Shown: positions 1 through 9,653 of the stretch, piece by piece
Layout: every line of letters begins with the position of its first letter
How positions within the stretch are numbered: position 1 is the stretch's first letter
Origin: Porphyridium purpureum
Lineage: Eukaryota
Assembly: GCA_008690995.1 (NCBI GenBank)
Contig: VRMN01000019.1
Span: 62,001 to 126,000, forward strand
Direction: 5' to 3'
DNA: 64,000 nucleotides
Made by a program: the position numbers and the translations under genes
Notes under the pieces: model-generated
The model's database searches: none
Seen by the model: the letters and a program-made list of their open reading frames with translations, nothing else
Told to the model about the DNA's origin: nothing

Positions 1-649
1 GCCCTGCTGATACTTTGGGTCATGCTCAAGTTAGTCTGAGAAGTGCGGGCGCGACTGCTTCTATGGATTTGGCTCAAAGGTACAGTCTGGCTATGACGTG
101 CGTTCTGACAAAGTGTTGTGAGTATTTTCGACATTTTCGCTTCCAAAGACGAATTGCATTTGTCGCAAAAATCACGGGTTGCGTCCCGGAAGGAGTTCTT
201 CAGATTGCACGGAGACAAATCGGTACCACGTCCGCCAGCCGTCTAGCCACGGGCGTGCGCAAGCACGAGCACGGAGCGGTATGCTATTACCCTCAGGCGC
301 TCACCTTGTGCTTTGCAAAAGGTGTTTATCTCCACGCAATAAAAGTCTTATCTATCTCCTTGCCTCGTCCGACACTTTGACCTCCGAAGGCAAGTACGAC
401 GGCTATGCTATACAGGCGAGAATGCACTATTCAAACTGATCCTGTCGGGTAGACAAGATTATGACTGGAAAATCATGACACTAGAAGGGAATATGAGATC
501 GAGCGCAGCCAACAGCGTTTTCACCACCAAACGCCCAAGAAGACTGAGAGGGTCCAGTGCTACTAGTAAAGCACCTTTTACCATACGCCTATGTGTCAGA
601 GCCTCTAACTAAAACTCTACGCTACATCCCACAGAGCTGCCTGCTCGGT

Positions 650-908
650 CCGGCTTAAGTACCTTCTCCCGAGCCTCGGACTTCTGCTCGCGTGCGGGTT
701 TCGGATGGTGTTGGCGTTCGAACCCGGCACGTATGCGAAGTGCGGCCGTATCGGCTAATGGCCGCCCGGAGTGGTTTCGAAAACATACCTCCTTTCGCTG
801 TACCCCGAACCGATATTAAGTACAGCTTGGGGAGTGACAGGACGACCTGGTTTCTTCCACGTAACAGCATTTAAAAAAAAAAAAAAAACAAAAAAAAAAA
901 AAAAAAAA
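650..908 (+). mobile_element. Probable 3' end of a poly(A)-tailed non-LTR retroelement (LINE/SINE-like); 5' boundary unknown
   Basis: Templated A-tract 873-908 (one C at 889), preceded by stem-loops at 692-730, 742-765 and 798-826 and directly abutting a 5'-truncated Fanzor frame. No RT ORF or target-site duplication visible. Confidence 0.45.
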
Positions 909-1123
909 CCGGTTCGAAATTGGTGCTTGTCAATGAGGCCTATACCTCGAAAACGTGCAGCGCGTGTGGAACCGTAAACGCGAACCTGGGCGGCGCCAAG
1001 ACTTTTAAATGTCGCTCCAGCGCGTGCGGAGCGGTCATGGACCGCGACATCAGCGGCGCAAAGAACATTTTATTGCGCAATCACAAAGCGCTGGGGATTT
1101 CGGTCCCCAGCATTGGAGCCTGA
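905..1123 (+). pseudogene. 5'-truncated Fanzor2/TnpB-like RNA-guided endonuclease (C-terminal RuvC plus zinc finger)
   Basis: Frame reads (K)TGSKLVLVNEAYTSKTCSACGTVNANLGGAKTFKCRSSACGAVMDRDISGAKNILLRN: E-x-YTSK motif, CxxC...CxxxxC zinc ribbon and DRD-x-x-GAKNI RuvC-III motif typical of TnpB/Fanzor. Confidence 0.88.
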
Positions 1124-1213
1124 CCCTACTGGGCAAACCCGGTGCACAGTGTCTCGGGACACCGCCAAACTTGATGTTCGGATCAGGCGTCGGCTTCCGG
1201 CAAAATTGTTTAA
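1090..1213 (+). ncRNA. Candidate Fanzor omega-RNA scaffold and guide at the transposon right end
   Basis: Consecutive hairpins overlapping and following the stop codon: 1090-1111 (UUCG loop), 1128-1143, 1149-1162, 1170-1187. Possible pseudoknot GCCTGA 1118-1123 with TCAGGC 1183-1188. The position matches where TnpB/Fanzor omega-RNAs are encoded. Confidence 0.6.
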
Positions 1214-1371
1214 CCCTGACAGAGAGCTGCAGCATGCTACAAAATGAAGGAGGATTGTCTGGGGAATTGAAATATCATAGACGTGATTTTTTGATTTGCG
1301 TGTACATACGATTGACGAAAATGTGGAGCGGTTCGAGTCACTTGAAAATTTCAGAGGAGCCAGCCCCTATT

Positions 1372-3750
1372 CTAGTTCTGGTCACCGCCGACCGAGTACC
1401 GCAGTAGACTGTATGTCATGGCAAGCGTCAGCGAGATGAGTGTGACTAGCGGACCGACCTTCAGCCATCTGATGAAGGAAATGGCGTGGCCCGAGCGGTT
1501 TGCAATACCGACAACGACCAGGTTGGCACTCGCACCGATGAGTGTCATGTTGCCGCCCAAGCACGCACCCAGCGCAAGTGACCAGATCAGTGGGTTGATG
1601 GGCAGCAGAAGTTCCGGGTCACGCGAGAGCTGCACGACCACGGGCACCATGGCGAGTGTGTAAGGAATGTTGTCCAGGATGCCCGAAATGATACCAGAAA
1701 CCCAGATAAAGATCACGATCGCCACGGTAAGCTGCTGGCTTTGATCGACGCTCTTGATCCAACCGGCGATCACGTCACCGATCCACGCGATAAGGCCCAT
1801 CTCTGCGAGCGACTCGATGGTGATGAACAAGACAATAAAGAAAAGCAGCAAGTCCCACTCGACCGACTCCATCGTGTGATGCAAGTCATGCGGTTCGCTC
1901 AGCAGCATCAGCCCCACGGCTCCTGCCAACGCAACCCACGGCGCATGCACGTGGTGCACGGGCTCTGTGAAGAACAGGATGATGACTGATGTAAAGACGA
2001 TGCCGCACTTGGCCAGCAGCACCTTCTTTCGGATGCGGTACTCCTTCTTCATCTCTTCGACGTCCAGAAAGTCGGCGTCGGCCGCAAACTCCTTTCGGTA
2101 CCACCAGCGCACGAAGAAAATGCACACCAGGAAGATCACAATCACGATCGGTGCCAGATTGACCAGGAAGTCCACAAAGCCGACGTACTCGGAGAGCGCA
2201 GTGCCAATGATGATGTTCGGCGGGTCTCCGATCATCGTCGCGGTTCCACCAATGTTGGAAAAGATCGCCTCTGAAATGAGGAATGGCACCGGGTCGATTT
2301 TCATGGCCGTGCAGATGTTGATGGTCACGGGCGCGATAAGAAGCACGGTTGTCACATTGTCCAAGAAGGCAGACAGAAACGCCGTGATCGTGCACAAAAT
2401 GTAGAACAGCCGTGTAGACTTGCCACCGCTCCACTGGTATGACAGCACGGCCATGTATTCGAAGATCCCCGTGGTGCTCAGGACGTGCACGATGATCATC
2501 ATGCCGAATAGGAGCACAATCACGCCAGAGTCAATGTGCGCCCACGCATCCACGAGACTGGGCGCCTTGTCGAAGATAACGAGGAAGAAGATGGCAATGA
2601 ACATGGCCATAAACGCAGAAAGCGTGCGATGCACCACGTCAGTCATGATGAGAATGAACAGAAAGATCAGGATGAGCCCGGCAATCACCACCTGGTGGCG
2701 GCCAATGGCCTGCGACTGGTGGGAGTGAATGATCACACCAATGGGCGTTGGCGAGTTTGTACGCACCAGCACCACAGGCATCTGCTGCTCCGGATTCGTA
2801 ATGGACGCCAGCTCGGACGTCTTGAATTCCACCAGCAGCGCAAAGTCCTCAAACTTTGACTCTTCGTACACGTCGTCGAGTGCGACAAAGTCTTGCTCTG
2901 GGTCGGCGCAGTTGTTCGCACAATATCCGGCTTGCGCCGACAGCGTCAAGTTTTGCGATTCGTCAACGGGCTCCTGCGCCCCCGCCACGCCAGAAAATTC
3001 GACGAAACTGAGTGATTTGTGCGTATCAAGCGGGTAGTAAAGGGGCTGCGCATCAGATACGCCGAACGTGTGCTTCCAGTCCGGATCGTGGTGCACGCCG
3101 GGTCCCAGGATGAAGATAGCCACCGCGATACCGACGCAGCATATGAATGTGATGGCCAGCATAATATAGTCGCGGCGACCAAACTCCTCGTCCAGCACAC
3201 CCTTGCCAAGCTCGGCCTCGAGCTCTGCTTCCACCTCGGCAATCTCTGCCTCGCGGTCCTCTCTACGCTTTAGGCGGTACATGGCAGTGTCCACACTCTT
3301 TCGACCGCTGATGATCGAGTCCTCCGAGTATGGCACCACGCTCCCGCTGGAGCGACGGTTCCGGAGCGTGGACGGCCGCGACACGCTGCTGTAGCGATGC
3401 CCGCTCGCGCTGGACGGCCGACTGGTCGCGCCAATGAGATTATCGGCGTCAGTGCCGCCATACTCGCCGGCGCCCTGCACATAGTCTGGCAGCACCTGCT
3501 GAATGGAGCGCCGGCCCGTGTGGTACTCTGCCACCTTGTTCCGGAGCTTGCGGCGCTCCGTCTCCTTCGGATCCTCGGGCGCCAACACACTCCCGAGCAG
3601 CGAGGGCCGCGACTGCGACGGCCGCGCAGACGACGGCCTGGACGCGTCGCCATGCTCGCCGAACCCTGCTGGCGCGGCATCATCAATCTCCACAATAATC
3701 TGCGGCGCGTCCTCGACATCGGCGTCTAGCCGGCTGGCCTTGTTCCCCAT
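1372..3750 (-). CDS. OCA2/P-protein-like ArsB/NhaD (CitMHS-type) multi-pass transporter
   Basis: Motifs LSAFLDNVTTVLLIAPV, SNIGGTATMIGDPPNIII, LDNIPYT and ALGACLGGNMTLIGASAN; many TM segments. First ATG (MGNKAS) at 3750. Confidence 0.9.
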   Translation of the reverse strand: MGNKASRLDADVEDAPQIIVEIDDAAPAGFGEHGDASRPSSARPSQSRPSLLGSVLAPEDPKETERRKLRNKVAEYHTGRRSIQQVLPDYVQGAGEYGGTDADNLIGATSRPSSASGHRYSSVSRPSTLRNRRSSGSVVPYSEDSIISGRKSVDTAMYRLKRREDREAEIAEVEAELEAELGKGVLDEEFGRRDYIMLAITFICCVGIAVAIFILGPGVHHDPDWKHTFGVSDAQPLYYPLDTHKSLSFVEFSGVAGAQEPVDESQNLTLSAQAGYCANNCADPEQDFVALDDVYEESKFEDFALLVEFKTSELASITNPEQQMPVVLVRTNSPTPIGVIIHSHQSQAIGRHQVVIAGLILIFLFILIMTDVVHRTLSAFMAMFIAIFFLVIFDKAPSLVDAWAHIDSGVIVLLFGMMIIVHVLSTTGIFEYMAVLSYQWSGGKSTRLFYILCTITAFLSAFLDNVTTVLLIAPVTINICTAMKIDPVPFLISEAIFSNIGGTATMIGDPPNIIIGTALSEYVGFVDFLVNLAPIVIVIFLVCIFFVRWWYRKEFAADADFLDVEEMKKEYRIRKKVLLAKCGIVFTSVIILFFTEPVHHVHAPWVALAGAVGLMLLSEPHDLHHTMESVEWDLLLFFIVLFITIESLAEMGLIAWIGDVIAGWIKSVDQSQQLTVAIVIFIWVSGIISGILDNIPYTLAMVPVVVQLSRDPELLLPINPLIWSLALGACLGGNMTLIGASANLVVVGIANRSGHAISFIRWLKVGPLVTLISLTLAMTYSLLRYSVGGDQN

Positions 3751-6732
3751 TCCACGCGCCTCGCGCGCGCGCACGCTCGTGCGCCTGCCTCACACCTACC
3801 CGCACCACCGCGGCGCCGCTACCCACGCCCTTCGCACCACCGCAACAGCTCTCCTCCCCCGACCGCACGCACGACGTGTCGCCGATACACCTCTCCACCA
3901 AGCCACCGAGAAACCAACCACCAGCCTTGCAGTCTGCTTGTGCCCAGCTCTCCTTACACCTTCCTCGCCGTCCGCTCCTCCCCAGAAGACCACCGCGCGC
4001 GCAACCACTCTACCGACGCCGGACAATAACCTCAACCGCGCACGTCGCCGCGCCTTATCCTGCTGCCACCACGCCGCCACGCCGCCGCTTCTCTCCCCGC
4101 CGCGCGTTCACTGCCACTGCTTCTACCCACCCACCGCACTCCAATTAACGCCCGGCCGGTCGCCGCTCCGCACATCACGTAACGCGCGCCGAAAATATCA
4201 TAAAACAGCGTTACTTGTATAGTAACTATGCGCGTGCGCGACTCGGCTGTACAAAACGGGCGGGTTGCAGCGCTTCGCATTCCTCTGCAATGCATAGCTA
4301 TCAATATTACTAAAAAGGCACATTTTAGTAGAGCGATGTAATTTGGGACGCGCTGGTGGAATGCGTGTGAGGGACAGGATGTACAGTGGGTACAGTGCGA
4401 CACTTAAAGATTTGCGAACGGCTGCGCGTGCAGCTGAGCGCGGACGTGGCGGGGTGTGGAGCGGCGCGGTCTGCGCTGCGTGCGGCGTTGACGGTGCGGC
4501 TGGCGAGCGTGCGCTGCCGCCTCCGGTCGGCGCGGCTCGCGCGTTGCTCAGCTGTCGCGGGTGGAACGCTTGGCAAAGGGAGAGAGAGAGATATATATAT
4601 ATTTGCAGAAATGCAAGTTTGGCAGGGAGCAGCGCAGAACAGCGAGCGAGGGCGTGGCATACGCGCGACGTGGAGAGATGAGCAACAAGTCTGGTCTGTG
4701 GAGTTGGATGAGCGCGGCGTGCGGAGAAGAATCGTGAGAGGGGCGGCGTTGTATCTCGCAGCCGGTTTCGGAGCAGTTGTGCGGCCAACGTCACAAGAGT
4801 TGGCACTGGCATAGCTCGCTGATAAGCACGTCTCCACCCGTACAGCATGGTTTTCTGGTATTCGGGTTGGTCGTTGTTTCGTATGAGCACATAGATGTGT
4901 CGTACTTCCTGCAAAAGACATGCTCTTCCTGGACGCGTGGAAAAGCACTAAGAAGAAAGAATGACGCGTCAGCTTGGGTACAGAAAGCTGGGCGATGTAA
5001 ACGAGGCGACATCGTCAAGACTAGATGCAGAGACAATGGCGCTATTGAGAGACGTGCCGGAACAGATGTCATTTCGCCTTGCTGCTTTACTTGCTTGCCT
5101 TGCTATGAAGTGGTTCTTAGTCGGACCCAACAGGGTTCGCTAAAGACGGCCGGCTCGCTTCGTCCGACAGTGCGCGACTTGCTCCGCACAGACGACTCTG
5201 GTAAAGCGGACCTTGAGCGCACGTCGGTATACCCAGCATGCCACAGTGTAGATGTTGACCTGGTCGAGATGAAGGAGTGAAGGGTCGTGTGATTGTTTTA
5301 AAAGAAAGATGGACGGGTGGAAATAGAAGGCGTGGAAAAGGAAGGACACTGTGTTTCTGTACGGAAGACTGCAGTGGAAAGGAGGAGCATTCGTTCAAGG
5401 CTCGTGAGCTGCACTATCAAATGAGCAGGACTTCGTGGAATGTCAATTAACGCATGATATCATTCCATGTGATCCGTCCAACGAGCTGAAGTACCCTTTC
5501 CTTTCGACGCTATTGATGAAGCACGGAAAAAGTATATCGTTTTCCATTTCCGGAGGCTACGGACTGATGAGTTCCAAGCCGCGATACTTCCTCCACGCGC
5601 ACTGCTACACCGACTCTCCATTACGTTGCCTTCCGTCCACAGCACATTGCGCGCTTGAATCACCTCGCCTGTGACCGAAGACTACCGCAAAATCACTCGA
5701 ACGACAAACAGTGGCAATCCCCGCAGAGCCACGTCGAAGTATTTTGGCGTCTGAACGACTGTCCCGACGCGGCAACCATTGCTGTTTCCATTTTGACAAA
5801 GCGAAACTGTCTTTTCGACAACCGCTCTGCCGCATCATCAGCCACTGGATTGCATGGCACTAGCCAACGGCTATCCAGCATTTGCTGCCACCAGGCAGTG
5901 ACTGACCATACGAACCAAACCACACGCCTGGAGTCTTTCCTCCTTCCTGCTCACCTCCAGACCACTCGGCCCCGCAGACCACTCGGCACGCCTCATTCCT
6001 TTGTCATCCCACACCCATTCCGAGCAATGTGCATTCCAATGCAATGCGCATTCCGCGTCCTCTCACTGTACCGCCACCCTGTCTGGCAATGCTGCAGTGC
6101 AACGACATCTCCAACCCCTCGCGCTCGATCGCCGCGTCGTTTCCATACTAAAACGGTGCCGTTTTATGATTTACGGGCTCTTGGAATGGCGGAGCGAATG
6201 CGGTTCAACTGCGGACCGGTTTATCGGTTCAATTGCCAGTGGGAGGTGGCGGGCGGTGGCAGTTGAGCGAGGTCTTGATGTGGCATGTGGCGCGGCGCTG
6301 CGGTGCGGAGTGTCGCATGCGGCCATCATGTGCTACCGCTCACGCGCGCGTTCACGCGCCCGCGCACAATTGCGCCATGGCGTCTCAATGGCGTGTTTCG
6401 TGCTGCGCGCGTATGGGCACGTGAGGGCAGCGCTGGTTGCCAATGTGAAGACGGTCGCTATATCTGCGGGCAGTAGCCGTGCGATGGGTACAAGGAAGCG
6501 CGACCTGCGAATGCCGTCGTCGTGAGCTTATGAATATTGCGGCTCGTCGATTGAGGGTCAGAAAGCGTCTGTGTGCCCGTGCCTGCGCATTGTCCACGCG
6601 TGAGTGTAGAGCTAGAGAGCGACTGCGCGTTGGACAAGATCGACCAGGAGCCGGGCGAGTTCGTCGCTCCGAAGAGGTGGCATACAGCTGGAGCGCACCA
6701 GATTTGCAAGGAAGTAAGGTACTACAATTGCG

Positions 6733-8325
6733 ATGGCGCGACATGCAGCTTTAGCCCAAAGCGTGCACGCCTTGTGGATGGCGGCCGCGGCGGTGATTAT
6801 TGCAAGCTTGCACACTTCTCCAGTTCATGGCGCGCCGATTTCTAGCAAGGACGCCGCGCCCACCCCACAACAGCTGGGAAACATGATCATGACGGCAATT
6901 AATTTGGGCGGCGGCACTGTCGGTGGCTACATGGCGGAGCCAAAAGACCTGTACAAGGCAGATACTGTGCCGTACCTGCGTAAATTCTCGGTGTCCGGCG
7001 AAAAGGCCGAATTGATCTCACCTCCAGAGCTGCGCGACGTGCTGCGCAACCAAATGTCGTCGAAGAGCAACGAGGGGCTGTCGCTGCGCATCCCGGTAGA
7101 GGCCGGCGTGTACACCGTGCACCTTGTGTTTGCTGAACTGTGGGATGGCGCCTTTACGCCAGGCGCTCGCGTGTTCGATATCCGTGTCGGTACGTACATG
7201 TGCGGCGAACAGCTGGTGGCGAAGGACTTTGACGTGTACAGCGCTGCAGGCAACCGTGGTTACACCGGGGTGGTGCAGACCATCGAGAAGGTTGCGACGC
7301 GTGGCGGCATCAACATCCGGCTCAAGCCGAAGAAGCAGAACCCGATTCTGAACGCTGTGGTCGTAGAAGGTGTCAAGATGGACACAGCAGAAATCAACAT
7401 GGTTGGCTGTGCGGGCTACGGATCAGTGCTGCCAGAAGGAGCGCCAACTGCAACCACGGGTCGTGCGGCAGCAGACGATGCCAGCGCAGAGTATGCGGTG
7501 ATGCAAAAGCTGCGCGAGCAGGCACCCAAACACGCGCTGGCCATCAACGTAGGGAGCGCCGTAGCTGTGGGTCCGTTTGAGAGCGATCACGACAAGTGGT
7601 GGAACACACCGGCAAAGCTCGAAAATGTGGCGCTGCGCCGCTCGTTCTCGGTAGATGAGGCCAAGCTGGCACCTGGCCAGGAGCACGGAGCGGCTCTACG
7701 GACGCAGATTGCGTCAAATGGTGGCGCAAGCTTAGACATGCGCCTGCCTGTGGCACCAGGTGTGTACAAGGTGCACATGCTATTTGCTGAGCTGTGGGAC
7801 GGCGCGTTCACGCCGGGCATGCGCGTCTTTGACATTCGTGTCAACACAGATTCCTGCGGGGAGAAGCTTGTCAAGGCTGGCATGGACGTCTTTAGCGAAG
7901 CTGGACAGAAAGGATACACGGGTGTGGTCGAAACTGTGCAAGACGTGACCGCACGCGAGTATATCGACCTAAAGCTGGTGCCCAAGAAGCAAAACGCAGT
8001 GCTCAATGCGGTGTGGGTCGAGGGTGTCGAGCTCTCAGTCGATGAGGTCAAGGCCTTGGGTTGCTCGCTCGTGCCGAGTATGGTAGAGCGAAAGGACGCG
8101 AAGCTTCCTCAGTTTGGTATCGCAGCAATACGAGCTCCTTCTGTCGCAGGTGCAGCAGCACCGCCTTCTTTGGCCGGACGCGGCAAGACGGCGGAAGAAG
8201 CTACGGCGCAGATGCAGGCGACAAGGACTATCAAGCAGACAGAATCTGACAGCCTTGATGGATCAAGTGCAAGTGTTGGTCTAATACCTGAAGGGCCGAT
8301 CTTTCTGGATATGACAGTTGTGTAG
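6733..8325 (+). CDS. Secreted protein with two tandem malectin-like carbohydrate-binding domains
   Basis: Hydrophobic N-terminus and two near-identical repeats (GVYTVHLVFAELWDGAFTPGARVFDIRV / GVYKVHMLFAELWDGAFTPGMRVFDIRV) with the malectin FAE...RVFDI signature. Start could be ATG 6778. Confidence 0.85.
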   Translation: MARHAALAQSVHALWMAAAAVIIASLHTSPVHGAPISSKDAAPTPQQLGNMIMTAINLGGGTVGGYMAEPKDLYKADTVPYLRKFSVSGEKAELISPPELRDVLRNQMSSKSNEGLSLRIPVEAGVYTVHLVFAELWDGAFTPGARVFDIRVGTYMCGEQLVAKDFDVYSAAGNRGYTGVVQTIEKVATRGGINIRLKPKKQNPILNAVVVEGVKMDTAEINMVGCAGYGSVLPEGAPTATTGRAAADDASAEYAVMQKLREQAPKHALAINVGSAVAVGPFESDHDKWWNTPAKLENVALRRSFSVDEAKLAPGQEHGAALRTQIASNGGASLDMRLPVAPGVYKVHMLFAELWDGAFTPGMRVFDIRVNTDSCGEKLVKAGMDVFSEAGQKGYTGVVETVQDVTAREYIDLKLVPKKQNAVLNAVWVEGVELSVDEVKALGCSLVPSMVERKDAKLPQFGIAAIRAPSVAGAAAPPSLAGRGKTAEEATAQMQATRTIKQTESDSLDGSSASVGLIPEGPIFLDMTVV

Positions 8326-8824
8326 TTTGCTCGTCGTCGTTGTAAAATACTTCAAGGCATGAATAATGCGGATTGAAAGTGCACAAAGTTGGTTGAAATC
8401 CCTTGGCGCGTCGTTGAATATCACCAGCTTGCTCTGCACGAGGCTGAGTGAAGCTTATACCTGGTCCAACTAGGAAATGCTTGCGCCGAAGCCGGAAGCT
8501 TGCGCTGCATCGTTTTCAAATGGACTTTACATATTCATTGACTACAGCACCAGAGCGACCCTATATTGTCCGTTGTGTCATCAGTATCTGCATCCTGACG
8601 CAACTAGGTGCAGCCCATTATCAGAAGGTGCAGTGACGCAAAAACAGCATCCGCTTGAACGCTCGAGCATTGCTTGAGAAGACGGAACGAGCAGCAACCC
8701 GCCATTGAATCTTCGGCATGTACCTTCAAATTCTGTCTACACGACATGTCTGCACATGAGAATGCAAACCCTTCTCATTTCGGACGCAGGCTGACGAAGA
8801 ACTCGGCAACATGGGTCATGCGAC

Positions 8825-8877
8825 GCGCCACACTCAGCTCCCTTTCGAAGCGCCACACTCAGCTCCCTTTTGAAGCG
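8825..8877. repeat. 25-bp tandem duplication (2 copies, 1 mismatch)
   Basis: GCGCCACACTCAGCTCCCTTTCGAA followed by GCGCCACACTCAGCTCCCTTTTGAA. Confidence 0.9.
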
Positions 8878-9653
8878 AAGAAGACGTGCCGAAAGGAGGC
8901 GTCTCAATCATGTTTTGCGGCCTCTTCTTCGCGTGCACAGCGGTTTTCAAACGCACGACAAGTGGGGCTTGCGGCCCTGCCCGTGCTTGTCCTCGAGCAC
9001 AGCACCAGGGATTGGCAGCGTGGCTAGGTCGCGTTGACCGTGATATCCTTACTAGTTGTCGGAGCGGTCGCCGTGCACGACTCACTCATATCCCGCGGTC
9101 AGCGCCAGGCCACACAGCCTTCGCAAACCGGCACATGTTACATCATTCTCCTGGAAGCTGAGTACTCAGCTCTTATTCGGCTGACCAGCACCTGCCAAAA
9201 CTCGGCGTGTCCCTCGCGCCGGAATGGAAAGGAACTATTCTGGCACATGCACATGTGCATCATCCTTCTGACCTGGTGGGCGCCTTCCGTTCCCCGGTCA
9301 CTTGTACTTGTCACCGTCAGGCCCCAAGCGGTGCCACCACAGCGCAAACAGCACAAAGCAGCCGTACGCGCCTCTCTGGTCGTACGCCATTTCCGGACGG
9401 CTACTCCGCTGCTCCTGTCTCACGCGACCGCCACGAACCATGACCGGACGCACCTCGCTCGCTCACGACTTGTTCTTGTCCTTGCCGCAAAACTCGCGTG
9501 GAACCTGTTCGTCGACAACTCGCACAAAGAGAGAGACAGAGAGCGCTGCGCGGCCATGGTGGATGAGAGCGAACGCCTTGCCTTGCGCTGCTGACTCCGT
9601 CTGAGACGGAATGACGTCTCGAGCTGGCCGTGACCGGTGCAAGCGGCGGCAAG

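Noticed and set aside
700..790. tRNA gene suggested by GTTCGAACCC
   Set aside because: No cloverleaf or A-box spacing found by eye; the motif sits within a long hairpin.
771..977. ORF with a poly-lysine tract
   Set aside because: It is just translation of the A-tract.
8825..8877. CRISPR-like repeat
   Set aside because: Two adjacent copies with no spacer, in a eukaryotic context.
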